Origin: a virus
Lineage: Duplodnaviria > Heunggongvirae > Uroviricota > Caudoviricetes
IMG/VR virus record: IMGVR_UViG_3300014204_000132
Direction: 5' to 3' (one strand)
DNA: 37,187 nucleotides
Of the stretch, positions 17,499 through 26,570 are shown piece after piece (the first letter of the stretch is position 1; the number at the start of each line of letters is the position of its first letter). The notes under the pieces are model-generated. The model ran no database searches. It was not told the origin of the DNA and saw only the letters and a program-made list of their open reading frames with translations. The position numbers and the translations under genes are program-made.

Positions 17499-19439
17499 AT
17501 GGCTCAATTATTAAAAGGAAAACAAATCGCACAACAAACAGTTACTATAAAAGGTGCAACTGGTAATGTTGTAGTTCAAGGTGATTTGGATATGTCAACA
17601 TATAATGTGATAATATCTGGTTCACCAACGGCTGACAATCAAGCTGTTAACAAAGCTTACGTTGATGCAGTTGCAGGTGGATTAGTACCCCATTTACCAG
17701 TTCATGCTGTGGCTACTGGTACAACAGTATTAACTGGTACAACAACTATTGATGATTTTTTATTATCAGTAGATGATAGAGTACTTTTAACAAATCAAGG
17801 TGGTGCAGGTGCAACTGACCAAAACCCATCTAATGGTGTATGGCAGGTTAAGGCTGGTGCTTGGATAAGACCATTTGATTTTGATGGTACTCCAACTAAC
17901 GAAGTTTCTACTGGTGACTTTGTATTTGTTGAAAATGGAACAGTTAATGGAAAAACTGGTTGGGTTTTAGCTACTACTGATGCTGTACCAGAAACAGAAA
18001 TTGTAGTTAACGTTGATACACAAGGATGGGTAAAGATTTCTTCGCCTGGTACATATAGTACAGACGGTGAAGGATTAGACCTTACTGGTACTGTTTTCTC
18101 ACTTGAATTAGATGGTGGTACTCTAAGTAAAACTTCTTCTGGTGTAAGGGTTGCTTCATCTGTTATCACTCAAATATCAAATAATCAGGGTAATGTAACA
18201 TCATTGTCAACTGCGTTATCATCTGAAATATCATCAAATAATTCATCAGATACATCATTATCAACAGCTATTTCAACTGAAGCATCAACAAGAGGTACTG
18301 CTGACACATCATTATCAACAGCTATTTCTGGTAACGCATCTGCTACTACTTCATTAAGTACTGCTGTTTCAACCGAAACATCTACAAGAGGCAGTGCTGA
18401 TACATCATTAGCAACTGCTATTTCTGGTAATACATCTGCTGCTACTTCATTAAGTACTGCTGTTTCAACCGAAGCATCAACAAGAGGTACTGCTGACACT
18501 TCATTATCAACAGCTATTTCAACTGAAACATCAACAAGAGGTACTGCTGATACATCATTATCAACTGCTGTTTCAACTGAAACATCAACAAGAGGTAGTG
18601 CTGACACGTCATTATCAACTGCTATTTCAGCTAATAACTCATCAGATACATCGTTATCAACTGCCTTATCATCTGAAACATCTACAAGAGGGTCTGCTGA
18701 CACATCATTATCAACAGCTATTTCAACTGAAGCATCAACAAGAGGGTCTGCTGACACATCAATAACAACTGCTATTTCTGGTGAAGCTTCAATAAGAAGT
18801 TCAGCCGACACATCGTTAAGTACACAAATAGCTTCTTTGACATCTGGTTCAACTGCTGGCGTAGATTCATTATCAACCGCTTTATCAGGTGAAATTTCTT
18901 CAAGAGGCAGTGCTGACACTTCATTAGCAACTGGTATTTCAACTGCTGTTTCAACTGAAGCATCAACAAGAGGTACTGCTGACACATCATTATCAACAGC
19001 TATTTCAACTGAGGCATCAACAAGAGGCAGTGCTGACACTTCATTAGCAACTGGTATTTCAACTGCTGTTTCAACTGAAGCATCAACAAGAGGTACTGCT
19101 GACACATCTTTAGAAACTGCAATCAGTAATATTCAAGCTCCAAGTTATTTTGAACAGTTATTATCACCAGCAATTAGTGGTTCTACAACTGCTGTAAATA
19201 TTGGTACTGCTTTTGCACATGGTGTAACTGGGGGTGTAATTGATGAATCTACTGTTATAGTATTTTTAAACGGTATCGAATATACATTCGAATATGCACA
19301 AGGTTCACCTGCTGTATTCCATACAAACGGTGTTACTCCAACATCTGCTGGTACACCATTATATTTTGATGGTGTAGAAGCTGGATTCGCAATCGAAACA
19401 ACTGATGACGTTAAAATTAAATATGTAGTAACTACATAA
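17499..19439 (+). CDS. Ser/Thr-rich coiled-coil virion fibre protein (SLST repeats)
   Basis: Starts MAQLLKGKQI; AVNKAYVD motif; DRVLLTNQ..SNGVWQV..FVFVENG domain; 310-aa TSLSTAISTEASTRGTAD array; shared C-terminal domain. Confidence 0.75.
   Translation: MAQLLKGKQIAQQTVTIKGATGNVVVQGDLDMSTYNVIISGSPTADNQAVNKAYVDAVAGGLVPHLPVHAVATGTTVLTGTTTIDDFLLSVDDRVLLTNQGGAGATDQNPSNGVWQVKAGAWIRPFDFDGTPTNEVSTGDFVFVENGTVNGKTGWVLATTDAVPETEIVVNVDTQGWVKISSPGTYSTDGEGLDLTGTVFSLELDGGTLSKTSSGVRVASSVITQISNNQGNVTSLSTALSSEISSNNSSDTSLSTAISTEASTRGTADTSLSTAISGNASATTSLSTAVSTETSTRGSADTSLATAISGNTSAATSLSTAVSTEASTRGTADTSLSTAISTETSTRGTADTSLSTAVSTETSTRGSADTSLSTAISANNSSDTSLSTALSSETSTRGSADTSLSTAISTEASTRGSADTSITTAISGEASIRSSADTSLSTQIASLTSGSTAGVDSLSTALSGEISSRGSADTSLATGISTAVSTEASTRGTADTSLSTAISTEASTRGSADTSLATGISTAVSTEASTRGTADTSLETAISNIQAPSYFEQLLSPAISGSTTAVNIGTAFAHGVTGGVIDESTVIVFLNGIEYTFEYAQGSPAVFHTNGVTPTSAGTPLYFDGVEAGFAIETTDDVKIKYVVTT
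18198..19127 (+). repeat. Coding tandem array of 17 units of 14, 18 or 22 aa, including an exact 88-bp duplication (18901-18988 = 19021-19108)
   Basis: Manual parse: twelve 18-aa, three 14-aa and two 22-aa units plus an 8-aa tail, 310 aa in total. Confidence 0.95.
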
Positions 19440-19456
19440 TATTAAGTTAGGTCAAT

Positions 19457-19490
19457 AAAAAAAGAGTGTTCGAAAGGACACTCTTTTTTT
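19457..19490 (+). terminator. Intrinsic terminator with GAAA tetraloop
   Basis: A7-GAGTGTTC-gaaa-GGACACTC-T7. Confidence 0.9.
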
Positions 19491-19521
19491 GTTTAAATAT
19501 TAGAAGAAACCCAATTCATTT

Positions 19522-19530
19522 TGATATATA
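19522..19530 (+). promoter_or_regulatory. TGATATATA variant of the putative late promoter, ahead of the glycan cluster
   Basis: One mismatch to TAATATATA, 23 nt before the ATG at 19554. Confidence 0.4.
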
Positions 19531-19553
19531 TCTAAAAATATAGTTTTTTATTT

Positions 19554-21185
19554 ATGAATTCAAAATTAAATATTGGGATAACAATTTTTTTACATGAAGA
19601 AAATCAAAGTGTATGGACTAATGGTATATTACAGAATGCGATTTTTTTGGCAAAAACGTTTCAAAATTCTACTCAAAATTATAACGTATATCTTGTCAAC
19701 ACGAGTAATATTAATATTACAAATATATTGGGGTGGGATTTGATAGAATATAAAACAGTCCAATTTAATGATATAAAAGATAAATTAGATATTATATTTC
19801 CTTTAGGTGGTTCAATCGATAAACCAACAACAGAATATTTAAGAAATAGAGGATGTAAAGTAGTTCCATATAAATGTGGTAACGAATATGTGATTAGTAT
19901 GGAAAATATCATATTTAATCGCCAAGATATTGTAAAAGATTACCCAGAGGTAGACCAAATATGGAATATACCTCAAATGGAAAATACAAACCATCATTAC
20001 TGGAGAGTTTTACACAATGCTGAGACAATCACTATACCTTTTGTGTGGAATCCTTTATTTTTAAATAGCCATATAGATGAATTAAAAAAACAGGGAAAAA
20101 ATCCTTATTACATACCGAGTAAACTAAGTAAAAAAATTTCAATATTCGAACCCAATATAAATGTTTATAAATTTTTAATGTATCCGATGTTAATTATAGA
20201 AGATGCATATAGGGAACACCCAGAACTATTTCATAGTGTTAAAGTAACAAACACCCAAAAAGTTAGATTGACTAAAGAATTAACTTCTATTATGAATCAT
20301 TTGACAATAGTTCAAGATAAAAAGACCACATTTGAAAATAGATTCCCAATTACATGGTTTTTAACTGAACATACTGATGTAGTGGTATCTCATCAATGGG
20401 AAAATGCTTTAAATTATGCCTATCTGGATGCTATATATTTAGGTTATCCATTAGTACATAATGCTCATTTATGTAAAGATTGTGGATATTACTATGAAGG
20501 GTTTAATGTGACAGAAGGAAAAAAACAATTATTATATGCTTTAACCGAACACGATAATCATCTTGAAGAATATGATGAAAAAAATCAAAAAGTATTAGAT
20601 AGATATTCTACCGATAATATTGATGTTATAAAAAAATATGATGAACTAATATGTAATCTGGTTAATACTAAATCCATAGCATCGAATTTTGTTCCTACAA
20701 GTTTTGGTGCTTTTAAGTCAGAAATAAAGGATTATATATTAAGTAATTTTAACACTGGTGTTACCATATTAGATGTTGGTGCTGGTTGTGGGACGTATTC
20801 TAATATTCTTAGTGAATATGAAAATATCGATGCTGTTGAAATTTATGAACCATACATAAAAAAATATAAATTAAAAACAAAATATAGAAAAGTTTATACA
20901 ACAAATATAATAGATTTTAATTTCGATTATTATGATATAATCATAATGGGTGATATTTTAGAACATTTGACTATTGAAGATGCACAAAATCTCATAAACA
21001 AATTATATGATAAATGTAAACAACTAATAATTAGTGTACCATTTCTTATGAAACAATTCGGTCTCGAAAATAAAAACGAAGACCACATTCAAGATGATTT
21101 AACAGAAGAAATAATGGTTAGAAGGTATCCGAATTTACAAAAAAATTGGAGCAATAATACTATTGGTGTTTATTTTAAAAAATAA
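19554..21185 (+). CDS. DUF2827-like putative GT-B glycosyltransferase fused to a class I SAM methyltransferase
   Basis: VWTNGILQN, IFEPN and VVSHQWENALNYAYLDAIYLGYPLVHNA; C-terminal ~170 aa carry ILDVGAGCG, AVEIY and GDILEHL. Confidence 0.75.
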   Translation: MNSKLNIGITIFLHEENQSVWTNGILQNAIFLAKTFQNSTQNYNVYLVNTSNINITNILGWDLIEYKTVQFNDIKDKLDIIFPLGGSIDKPTTEYLRNRGCKVVPYKCGNEYVISMENIIFNRQDIVKDYPEVDQIWNIPQMENTNHHYWRVLHNAETITIPFVWNPLFLNSHIDELKKQGKNPYYIPSKLSKKISIFEPNINVYKFLMYPMLIIEDAYREHPELFHSVKVTNTQKVRLTKELTSIMNHLTIVQDKKTTFENRFPITWFLTEHTDVVVSHQWENALNYAYLDAIYLGYPLVHNAHLCKDCGYYYEGFNVTEGKKQLLYALTEHDNHLEEYDEKNQKVLDRYSTDNIDVIKKYDELICNLVNTKSIASNFVPTSFGAFKSEIKDYILSNFNTGVTILDVGAGCGTYSNILSEYENIDAVEIYEPYIKKYKLKTKYRKVYTTNIIDFNFDYYDIIIMGDILEHLTIEDAQNLINKLYDKCKQLIISVPFLMKQFGLENKNEDHIQDDLTEEIMVRRYPNLQKNWSNNTIGVYFKK

Positions 21186-21198
21186 AAATATTATTTGA

Positions 21199-22323
21199 AT
21201 GGCAACTGCAACAATGAAGAATATTGCTATCACATTAGGTGTTAGAAGTAATAATGAAGGTTTATGGATAAATGGCATCAAACTAAATGGTTTATATTTA
21301 GCTAAACTTCTTAAAAACATTGGGAAATATAACGTATTTTTCGCTAATACAACAAGTAAAGAATTTACTCAATTCGCATTTGATACAAAAGAATTTCCAG
21401 TACATCATATTTCGGATGTAAAAGATGATATTGATATATTAATATCTCTCGGTGGACAGATTGACCAATCTATGACTACATACTTAAAGAAAAGAAAAAC
21501 AAAAATAGTTTCGTACAAATGTGGTAATGAATATGTTATTAGAATGGAAAATGTTTTATTTAATCAAGATGTTGGAAGTTCTATAATATGGTGTAATCCA
21601 GATTACGATGAAATATGGTGTGTACCACAGGTTTTTGAACAAAATAAATATTATTTCAATAGATTTCATAAAAATAAAAATGTAAAATCTGTTCCGTTTA
21701 TATGGGATTCTTTTTTAATTGATGAATTAGCATCATCATTAAAAAATAACCCTCGTTACACACCAAAAAACACACCTAAATCCATAGCAATACTTGAACC
21801 TAATCAAGATGTTTTGAAGTATGCTATGTATCCGATTTTGATTGTTGATGATGTATATGAACAAAGACCAGAATTAATAGAGAAATTATTTGTTACTAAT
21901 ACATTTAATATTCGAAAACATAAAGTTTTTGTGGAATACATGAATCATTTAAGTATTGTTAAAGACCATAAGGCAACATTCGAGGATAGATTTTCAACCG
22001 TTGAATTTTTAGCCGATTATGCTGATATAGTCGTCAGTCACCAATGGGATAATCCTTTGAATTATTTTTATTTGGATGTGGCTTACCTTGGACACGCTAT
22101 ATTACATAACGCCCACATGTGTAAAAATGTTGGATATTATTATGAGGGGTTTAATGGTAAAAATGCTACTGATAAATTAATATGGATTTTGGAAAATCAC
22201 GACAAGAATCTGGAAGAATATAATGAAAGAAATAAAAAAACAATTTTCTCTTATGATGCTGATAATGAAATAAATATAAGCATATATAATAATTTGTTAA
22301 AAACACTAATAAAAAAATATTAG
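21199..22323 (+). CDS. DUF2827-like putative GT-B glycosyltransferase
   Basis: LWINGIKLN, SYKCGNEYVI, ILEPN and VVSHQWDNPLNYFYLDVAYLGHAILHNA. Confidence 0.75.
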   Translation: MATATMKNIAITLGVRSNNEGLWINGIKLNGLYLAKLLKNIGKYNVFFANTTSKEFTQFAFDTKEFPVHHISDVKDDIDILISLGGQIDQSMTTYLKKRKTKIVSYKCGNEYVIRMENVLFNQDVGSSIIWCNPDYDEIWCVPQVFEQNKYYFNRFHKNKNVKSVPFIWDSFLIDELASSLKNNPRYTPKNTPKSIAILEPNQDVLKYAMYPILIVDDVYEQRPELIEKLFVTNTFNIRKHKVFVEYMNHLSIVKDHKATFEDRFSTVEFLADYADIVVSHQWDNPLNYFYLDVAYLGHAILHNAHMCKNVGYYYEGFNGKNATDKLIWILENHDKNLEEYNERNKKTIFSYDADNEINISIYNNLLKTLIKKY

Positions 22324-22325
22324 AA

Positions 22326-23138
22326 ATGAAAAATATTGATGGTATATCAATAGTTATGGCATATCATAACAGGAGAGAGCAATTAATTAGAACTTTAAAT
22401 TCTATTAACGAAACTAAATATGATAGGTCGAAATTAGAAATTGTTATCATTAATGATAATAGTTTAGAACAACATTCAATAGACGATTTACCATCTTTAT
22501 TTAATAAACTGAAGTTTCGTATTTTTAATATTAAAAAAGAACAGAAGAAATGGACTTGTTCATGTGTCCCATATAATATAGGATTTAATCATGTGCAATA
22601 TAATAAAATTCTTTTCCAGAATCCAGAATGTTATCACATGGGTGATGTATTATCCGATGTTGATATAAATTTAACTGATGAAAATTATATACCATATGCA
22701 TGTTATTCTATTGGAGAAAAAGAATATAATGTTAATAATTATAACAAATTAGTGTATAATAATTGTCAGCCACCACATGCATGTTCTAATGGTTGGTATA
22801 ATCATTCTGTAATAAATCCAAAAGGGTATCACTTTGCTGCTGCAATAACTACCAATAATTTATATAAAATTGGTGGATTTGATGAAGAATATAAAGATGG
22901 GGTTGCGTTCGATGATAATGAAATATTAAGAAGAATCAGATTATTGGATTTAAATATAATAATTATAAATTCACCATATGTTATTCACCAGTGGCACGAT
23001 AGTGTTTATCATTTTAATGCATTAACACCCGAAGATGAAAAAAAACACACTTTAGAGTTATTTTATAAAAATCAAGCTATTTTTGACAGAGGTGTGTCAG
23101 ATTATAAAGTCTATAATAATTTTTACTTTAAAACATGA
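22326..23138 (+). CDS. GT-A glycosyltransferase (GT2-type N-terminus, GT7-like C-terminal motif)
   Basis: SIVMAYHNR, IVIINDNS, QNPEC and GGFDEEY..G.AFDDNE. Confidence 0.85.
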   Translation: MKNIDGISIVMAYHNRREQLIRTLNSINETKYDRSKLEIVIINDNSLEQHSIDDLPSLFNKLKFRIFNIKKEQKKWTCSCVPYNIGFNHVQYNKILFQNPECYHMGDVLSDVDINLTDENYIPYACYSIGEKEYNVNNYNKLVYNNCQPPHACSNGWYNHSVINPKGYHFAAAITTNNLYKIGGFDEEYKDGVAFDDNEILRRIRLLDLNIIIINSPYVIHQWHDSVYHFNALTPEDEKKHTLELFYKNQAIFDRGVSDYKVYNNFYFKT

Positions 23139-23815
23139 ATAAGCAAAAAATAAAATATATTCAACTTTATGCCGAGCGACACACTGGTTCAAAATGGTTC
23201 GAAGAATCGATTAAACAATATTTAGTCATTAATCAGTATGTGTTTACATTAGGTTGGAAACATTTTTTCCCGAACATTTATAGTATTGATACAGCTAATT
23301 TAAATGAATATCTTTTTATTGTATTAAGTAGGAATCCGTATGACTGGGTTAAGTCTATGCAAGAAAACCCACATCATGCTCACATTTCATTAATGAATAA
23401 ATCTTTAAATGAATTTATTAAATTGCCTTGGGTAAGTATGCATGATAAAATCTTAAATAAAGAAAACGGATTATATCAAAAAAAAGAAATGTTTTTTGAA
23501 AGGAATCCTCATACATTATTAAACATATCCAATGTAATTGAATTGAGAAATTTAAAGAATCAATATTTTATTAATTTAAAAAACATTGTTCCCAATATTA
23601 AATATATTAGATATGAAGATATATGTTCAGATTTAATTGAGGTGATGAACACTATATCAGAAGAATATTTAATATACAAAACTAATAGAAGAACCTCTTA
23701 TAGTTCTATTCCAAAATTTGAAAAACAAATTGATGATGAATCATTGAAATTTATAAATGAAAACATTAACTGGGAATTGGAAGAATTCTTAGGTTATCAA
23801 AAAAGATTATTATGA
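23135..23815 (+). CDS. Sulfotransferase-like protein
   Basis: ERHTGSKW (5'-phosphosulfate-binding loop-like), RNPYDWVKS (3'-phosphate-binding-like) and RYED. Confidence 0.65.
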   Translation: MNKQKIKYIQLYAERHTGSKWFEESIKQYLVINQYVFTLGWKHFFPNIYSIDTANLNEYLFIVLSRNPYDWVKSMQENPHHAHISLMNKSLNEFIKLPWVSMHDKILNKENGLYQKKEMFFERNPHTLLNISNVIELRNLKNQYFINLKNIVPNIKYIRYEDICSDLIEVMNTISEEYLIYKTNRRTSYSSIPKFEKQIDDESLKFINENINWELEEFLGYQKRLL

Positions 23816-24456
23816 ATACATTTAAAAAATATCCAAAATCTAAAAAAAATGGATTTATTGTACAAAAGAGATTTTTTAGGTTGTTTAAGTTGTTTAAAAC
23901 CGACTTAAAAATAAATAAATCATCTATTAAGGAAGATATAGAAGACCATTTTGATTTTAGAATTGGGCAACTAATAAATGGAAGTAAAAGAATTGAAAAA
24001 ATTGAAGTAAAATCGATAAAAGGTATAACAAGAAAGGGTGGGATATCATTTGATTATACATGGATTGAATTTTATAATGTGAATGGTAATATAGGCTGGA
24101 TTAATGGAAAATCTGATAAGATTGCATTTGAAATAATAGATGGTTTTTTAATGGTTGGTAGAGCTGATGTTAAAAAACTTGTAGAAGATATGATTAAAGA
24201 TAATGATGTGGATATAAATGATTTTTATGGTTTTAGTGACAGTGAATATGATATAATTAAAAATAAAACAGCTTTAGAAAGAATATATAAATGGTATCGA
24301 AGACGTGGTAGAATAGATGTTATTGTATTAGTTCCAATTGAAGATATAAAAACTTTAAAACATGAAATTATACATGATGACCTCATTAAAATTGCAGAAG
24401 ATAAATATAAACAAAAACAAAAATGTTTGAAGCAGAAAAACGAGCTGGTGAATTAG
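23812..24456 (+). CDS. PD-(D/E)XK nuclease-fold protein, copy 1
   Basis: EDHFDF...KIEVKS; TWIEF..V.G..GWI.G..D.IAFE; paralog of ORF 24423. Confidence 0.6.
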   Translation: MNTFKKYPKSKKNGFIVQKRFFRLFKLFKTDLKINKSSIKEDIEDHFDFRIGQLINGSKRIEKIEVKSIKGITRKGGISFDYTWIEFYNVNGNIGWINGKSDKIAFEIIDGFLMVGRADVKKLVEDMIKDNDVDINDFYGFSDSEYDIIKNKTALERIYKWYRRRGRIDVIVLVPIEDIKTLKHEIIHDDLIKIAEDKYKQKQKCLKQKNELVN

Positions 24457-24896
24457 CAGAAGAAAAATTTGTACAATTATTTAAAAATAATGGTTTTACG
24501 GTAAATAAGACTGATTATAAAGATGATAAATATAATCATTTCGATTATACTGTCGAAAAAGATGGTGATATTAAAAAAATTGAGGTAAAAGCTGCCAAGA
24601 AAGATGATAGAAATGATGCTAAACCTTCATTTGAAATAACATGGATTGAATTAAAAGGTATTAAAGGTTATTCTGGGTGGTTATATGGCAAAGCAGATTA
24701 TTTTGCCTTTGAACAAAAAGATGGTTTTATTTTATCAACACGAAAAGATATAGTTGAGTTAATTTTAAGAAAATTAGTTGATAATAACTTCGAACGTGGT
24801 AAGAGTGTATATCAAATTTATAATAGAGAAGGTCGTGAAGACATATTGGTTAAAATATTATTTGACGACTTAGAAAATAAAATATATGTTAAATAA
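24423..24896 (+). CDS. PD-(D/E)XK nuclease-fold protein, copy 2
   Basis: GELAEEKF, NHFDY...KIEVKA and TWIEL..GWLYGKADYFAFE. Confidence 0.6.
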   Translation: MFEAEKRAGELAEEKFVQLFKNNGFTVNKTDYKDDKYNHFDYTVEKDGDIKKIEVKAAKKDDRNDAKPSFEITWIELKGIKGYSGWLYGKADYFAFEQKDGFILSTRKDIVELILRKLVDNNFERGKSVYQIYNREGREDILVKILFDDLENKIYVK

Positions 24897-26554
24897 TGGA
24901 TAAAAAATTAACTAAAATATCTAATGAAGTAGGATTTTCTTATATAATATCATATAGAGAAAATGATGGATATAGAAAAAAAGACTTAGAAGCAGTTATT
25001 GATTATGTTTTAAATTTTGGTTTTGAAAAATTTGAAATAATATTAATAGAACAAGATATAGAGGAACGTGTTAAAATTAAAAAAAATAAAAATATAAAGA
25101 AATTATTTCTTTATAATGATGGAGTTTTCAATAAAGGACTTGGTTATAATATCGGAGCTTTAAATGCTAAATATGAAGTTTTGGTTTTTTGTGATGCTGA
25201 CATCATCTTACCAAAAGATTTCTTTTTAAACGCATTAAACGTTAAAGATTTTGATGTAATTGACCCATATAAAAAGATTTATTATTATGATGAAATGGAA
25301 ACCGACAGAATGATAGAAGAAGGTTTCGAACGGTTGAGTGATAATATTGAAAAAGAAGTTCAATCATATGTTGTAACTGGTGGTGTATTTTTAATGAAAC
25401 GTGACAAATTTATTGAAATTAAAGGCTATGATGAGGAATGTTTTGGGTATGGACATGAAGATGATATTTTAGATAGTAAAATAAAAATACTGGGATATAA
25501 CACAATAAGAATGGATAACCAATATTGCATTCATTTATATCACCCACTATCATCTCCAGATTATTATGACCACGTTAAAACAAATAGAATGATGGCTAAC
25601 AACTATCGACAATTTACAAAAGAAAAGTTAATAGATAAAATAAATTCTACAAATACATTTGGTGAAGGAATTATAAAAGACACAACTGAAAATAATTATA
25701 GAGTTGAAATAAATAATGTAGTTAAAAATGTTGAAGAAAATGTTGAAGAAAATATAAATTATAAAGATGATATATTAGTAAAAGAAGAAAATTTTTTAAC
25801 TAAATCAAAAAAGATTTTCAATAATTTTTTCAATATAAATTCTAAAAAACCATTATCAATTATTATAACAGCATACCAAACACAAGATTATATTGAAGAA
25901 TGTTTGGATTCTATTGAAAACCAAACATATTTTAATGACCATAATAATTATGAAATTTTAGTTGGGTTTGATGATTGTCATGCAACTTTGAAAAAATTAA
26001 TAGATATTAGGCCATATTATAGAAATTTGAGAATATTTATGATGAATAGTAATATGGGTACATATATTACTTCAAATACTTTAATACGTATGGCAAAATT
26101 TGATAATATTATTCGATTTGATAGTGATGATGTTATGATGCCGAATATGATAAAAGAGATTGTCGAAAAATCTAATGATTGTGATTTGTTAAGATTCTCA
26201 TGTTACAATTTCACAACGAATATTAATGAAAAGATTAGTAATGTTGATAAATTGAAATATCCAGATGGTGTGGTTTTTTATAGAAAAAAAGTATTTAATA
26301 TAGCTGGTGGATATAAAGGTTGGAAGTGTGCAGCCGATACAGAACTCTTAAAAAGAATACAGAATTTTGTTAGAATAAAAGAAACTGGAACTTATTTATT
26401 TTATAGAAGAATTCATAATAATAGTCTAACAAAAAGAAAAGAAACCAATTTTAATAGTGAATTAAGAAACAATTATAAATCTCAAATTAGAGTTTATAAT
26501 ACAAATGAAAATATAAAAATTGATATAGAAACAAACTCATATATCGAATTTTAA
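24896..26554 (+). CDS. Two-domain GT-A glycosyltransferase (GT2 + GT2)
   Basis: Domain 1: YNIGA, VFCDADII, GYDE..GYGHEDD. Domain 2: SIIITAY, ILVGFDD, RFDSDDVM. Confidence 0.85.
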   Translation: MDKKLTKISNEVGFSYIISYRENDGYRKKDLEAVIDYVLNFGFEKFEIILIEQDIEERVKIKKNKNIKKLFLYNDGVFNKGLGYNIGALNAKYEVLVFCDADIILPKDFFLNALNVKDFDVIDPYKKIYYYDEMETDRMIEEGFERLSDNIEKEVQSYVVTGGVFLMKRDKFIEIKGYDEECFGYGHEDDILDSKIKILGYNTIRMDNQYCIHLYHPLSSPDYYDHVKTNRMMANNYRQFTKEKLIDKINSTNTFGEGIIKDTTENNYRVEINNVVKNVEENVEENINYKDDILVKEENFLTKSKKIFNNFFNINSKKPLSIIITAYQTQDYIEECLDSIENQTYFNDHNNYEILVGFDDCHATLKKLIDIRPYYRNLRIFMMNSNMGTYITSNTLIRMAKFDNIIRFDSDDVMMPNMIKEIVEKSNDCDLLRFSCYNFTTNINEKISNVDKLKYPDGVVFYRKKVFNIAGGYKGWKCAADTELLKRIQNFVRIKETGTYLFYRRIHNNSLTKRKETNFNSELRNNYKSQIRVYNTNENIKIDIETNSYIEF

Positions 26555-26570
26555 AAAAGAATTTTTTAAT

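Noticed and set aside
18185-19105. 306-aa minus-strand ORF (VDASVE repeats), and other antisense ORFs at 8-271, 8221, 11290, 11815, 13108, 14351, 16072, 17795, 18772, 19679, 21135, 27351, 29574, 29648, 30660 and 35689
   Set aside because: They are shadows of well-supported + strand genes. The long one stays open because the TCA/ACT/GCT-rich repeat codons lack stops in that antisense frame.
18198-19127. Regular ~54-bp repeats that could be taken for a CRISPR array
   Set aside because: The units are contiguous, in-frame and degenerate at third positions, with no unique spacers and no cas genes.
13341-22323. Possible stop-codon reassignment, as in some huge phages
   Set aside because: ORFs tile the window under code 11. 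TAG (15446, 22323) and TGA (11548, 23138, 34086, 34855) fall at natural protein ends judged by paralog alignment or the next start.
23812-23850. MNTFKKYPKS as a sixth capsid-targeting-like tag
   Set aside because: It has FxxY but lacks the following Glu, and the gene lies inside the glycan cluster.
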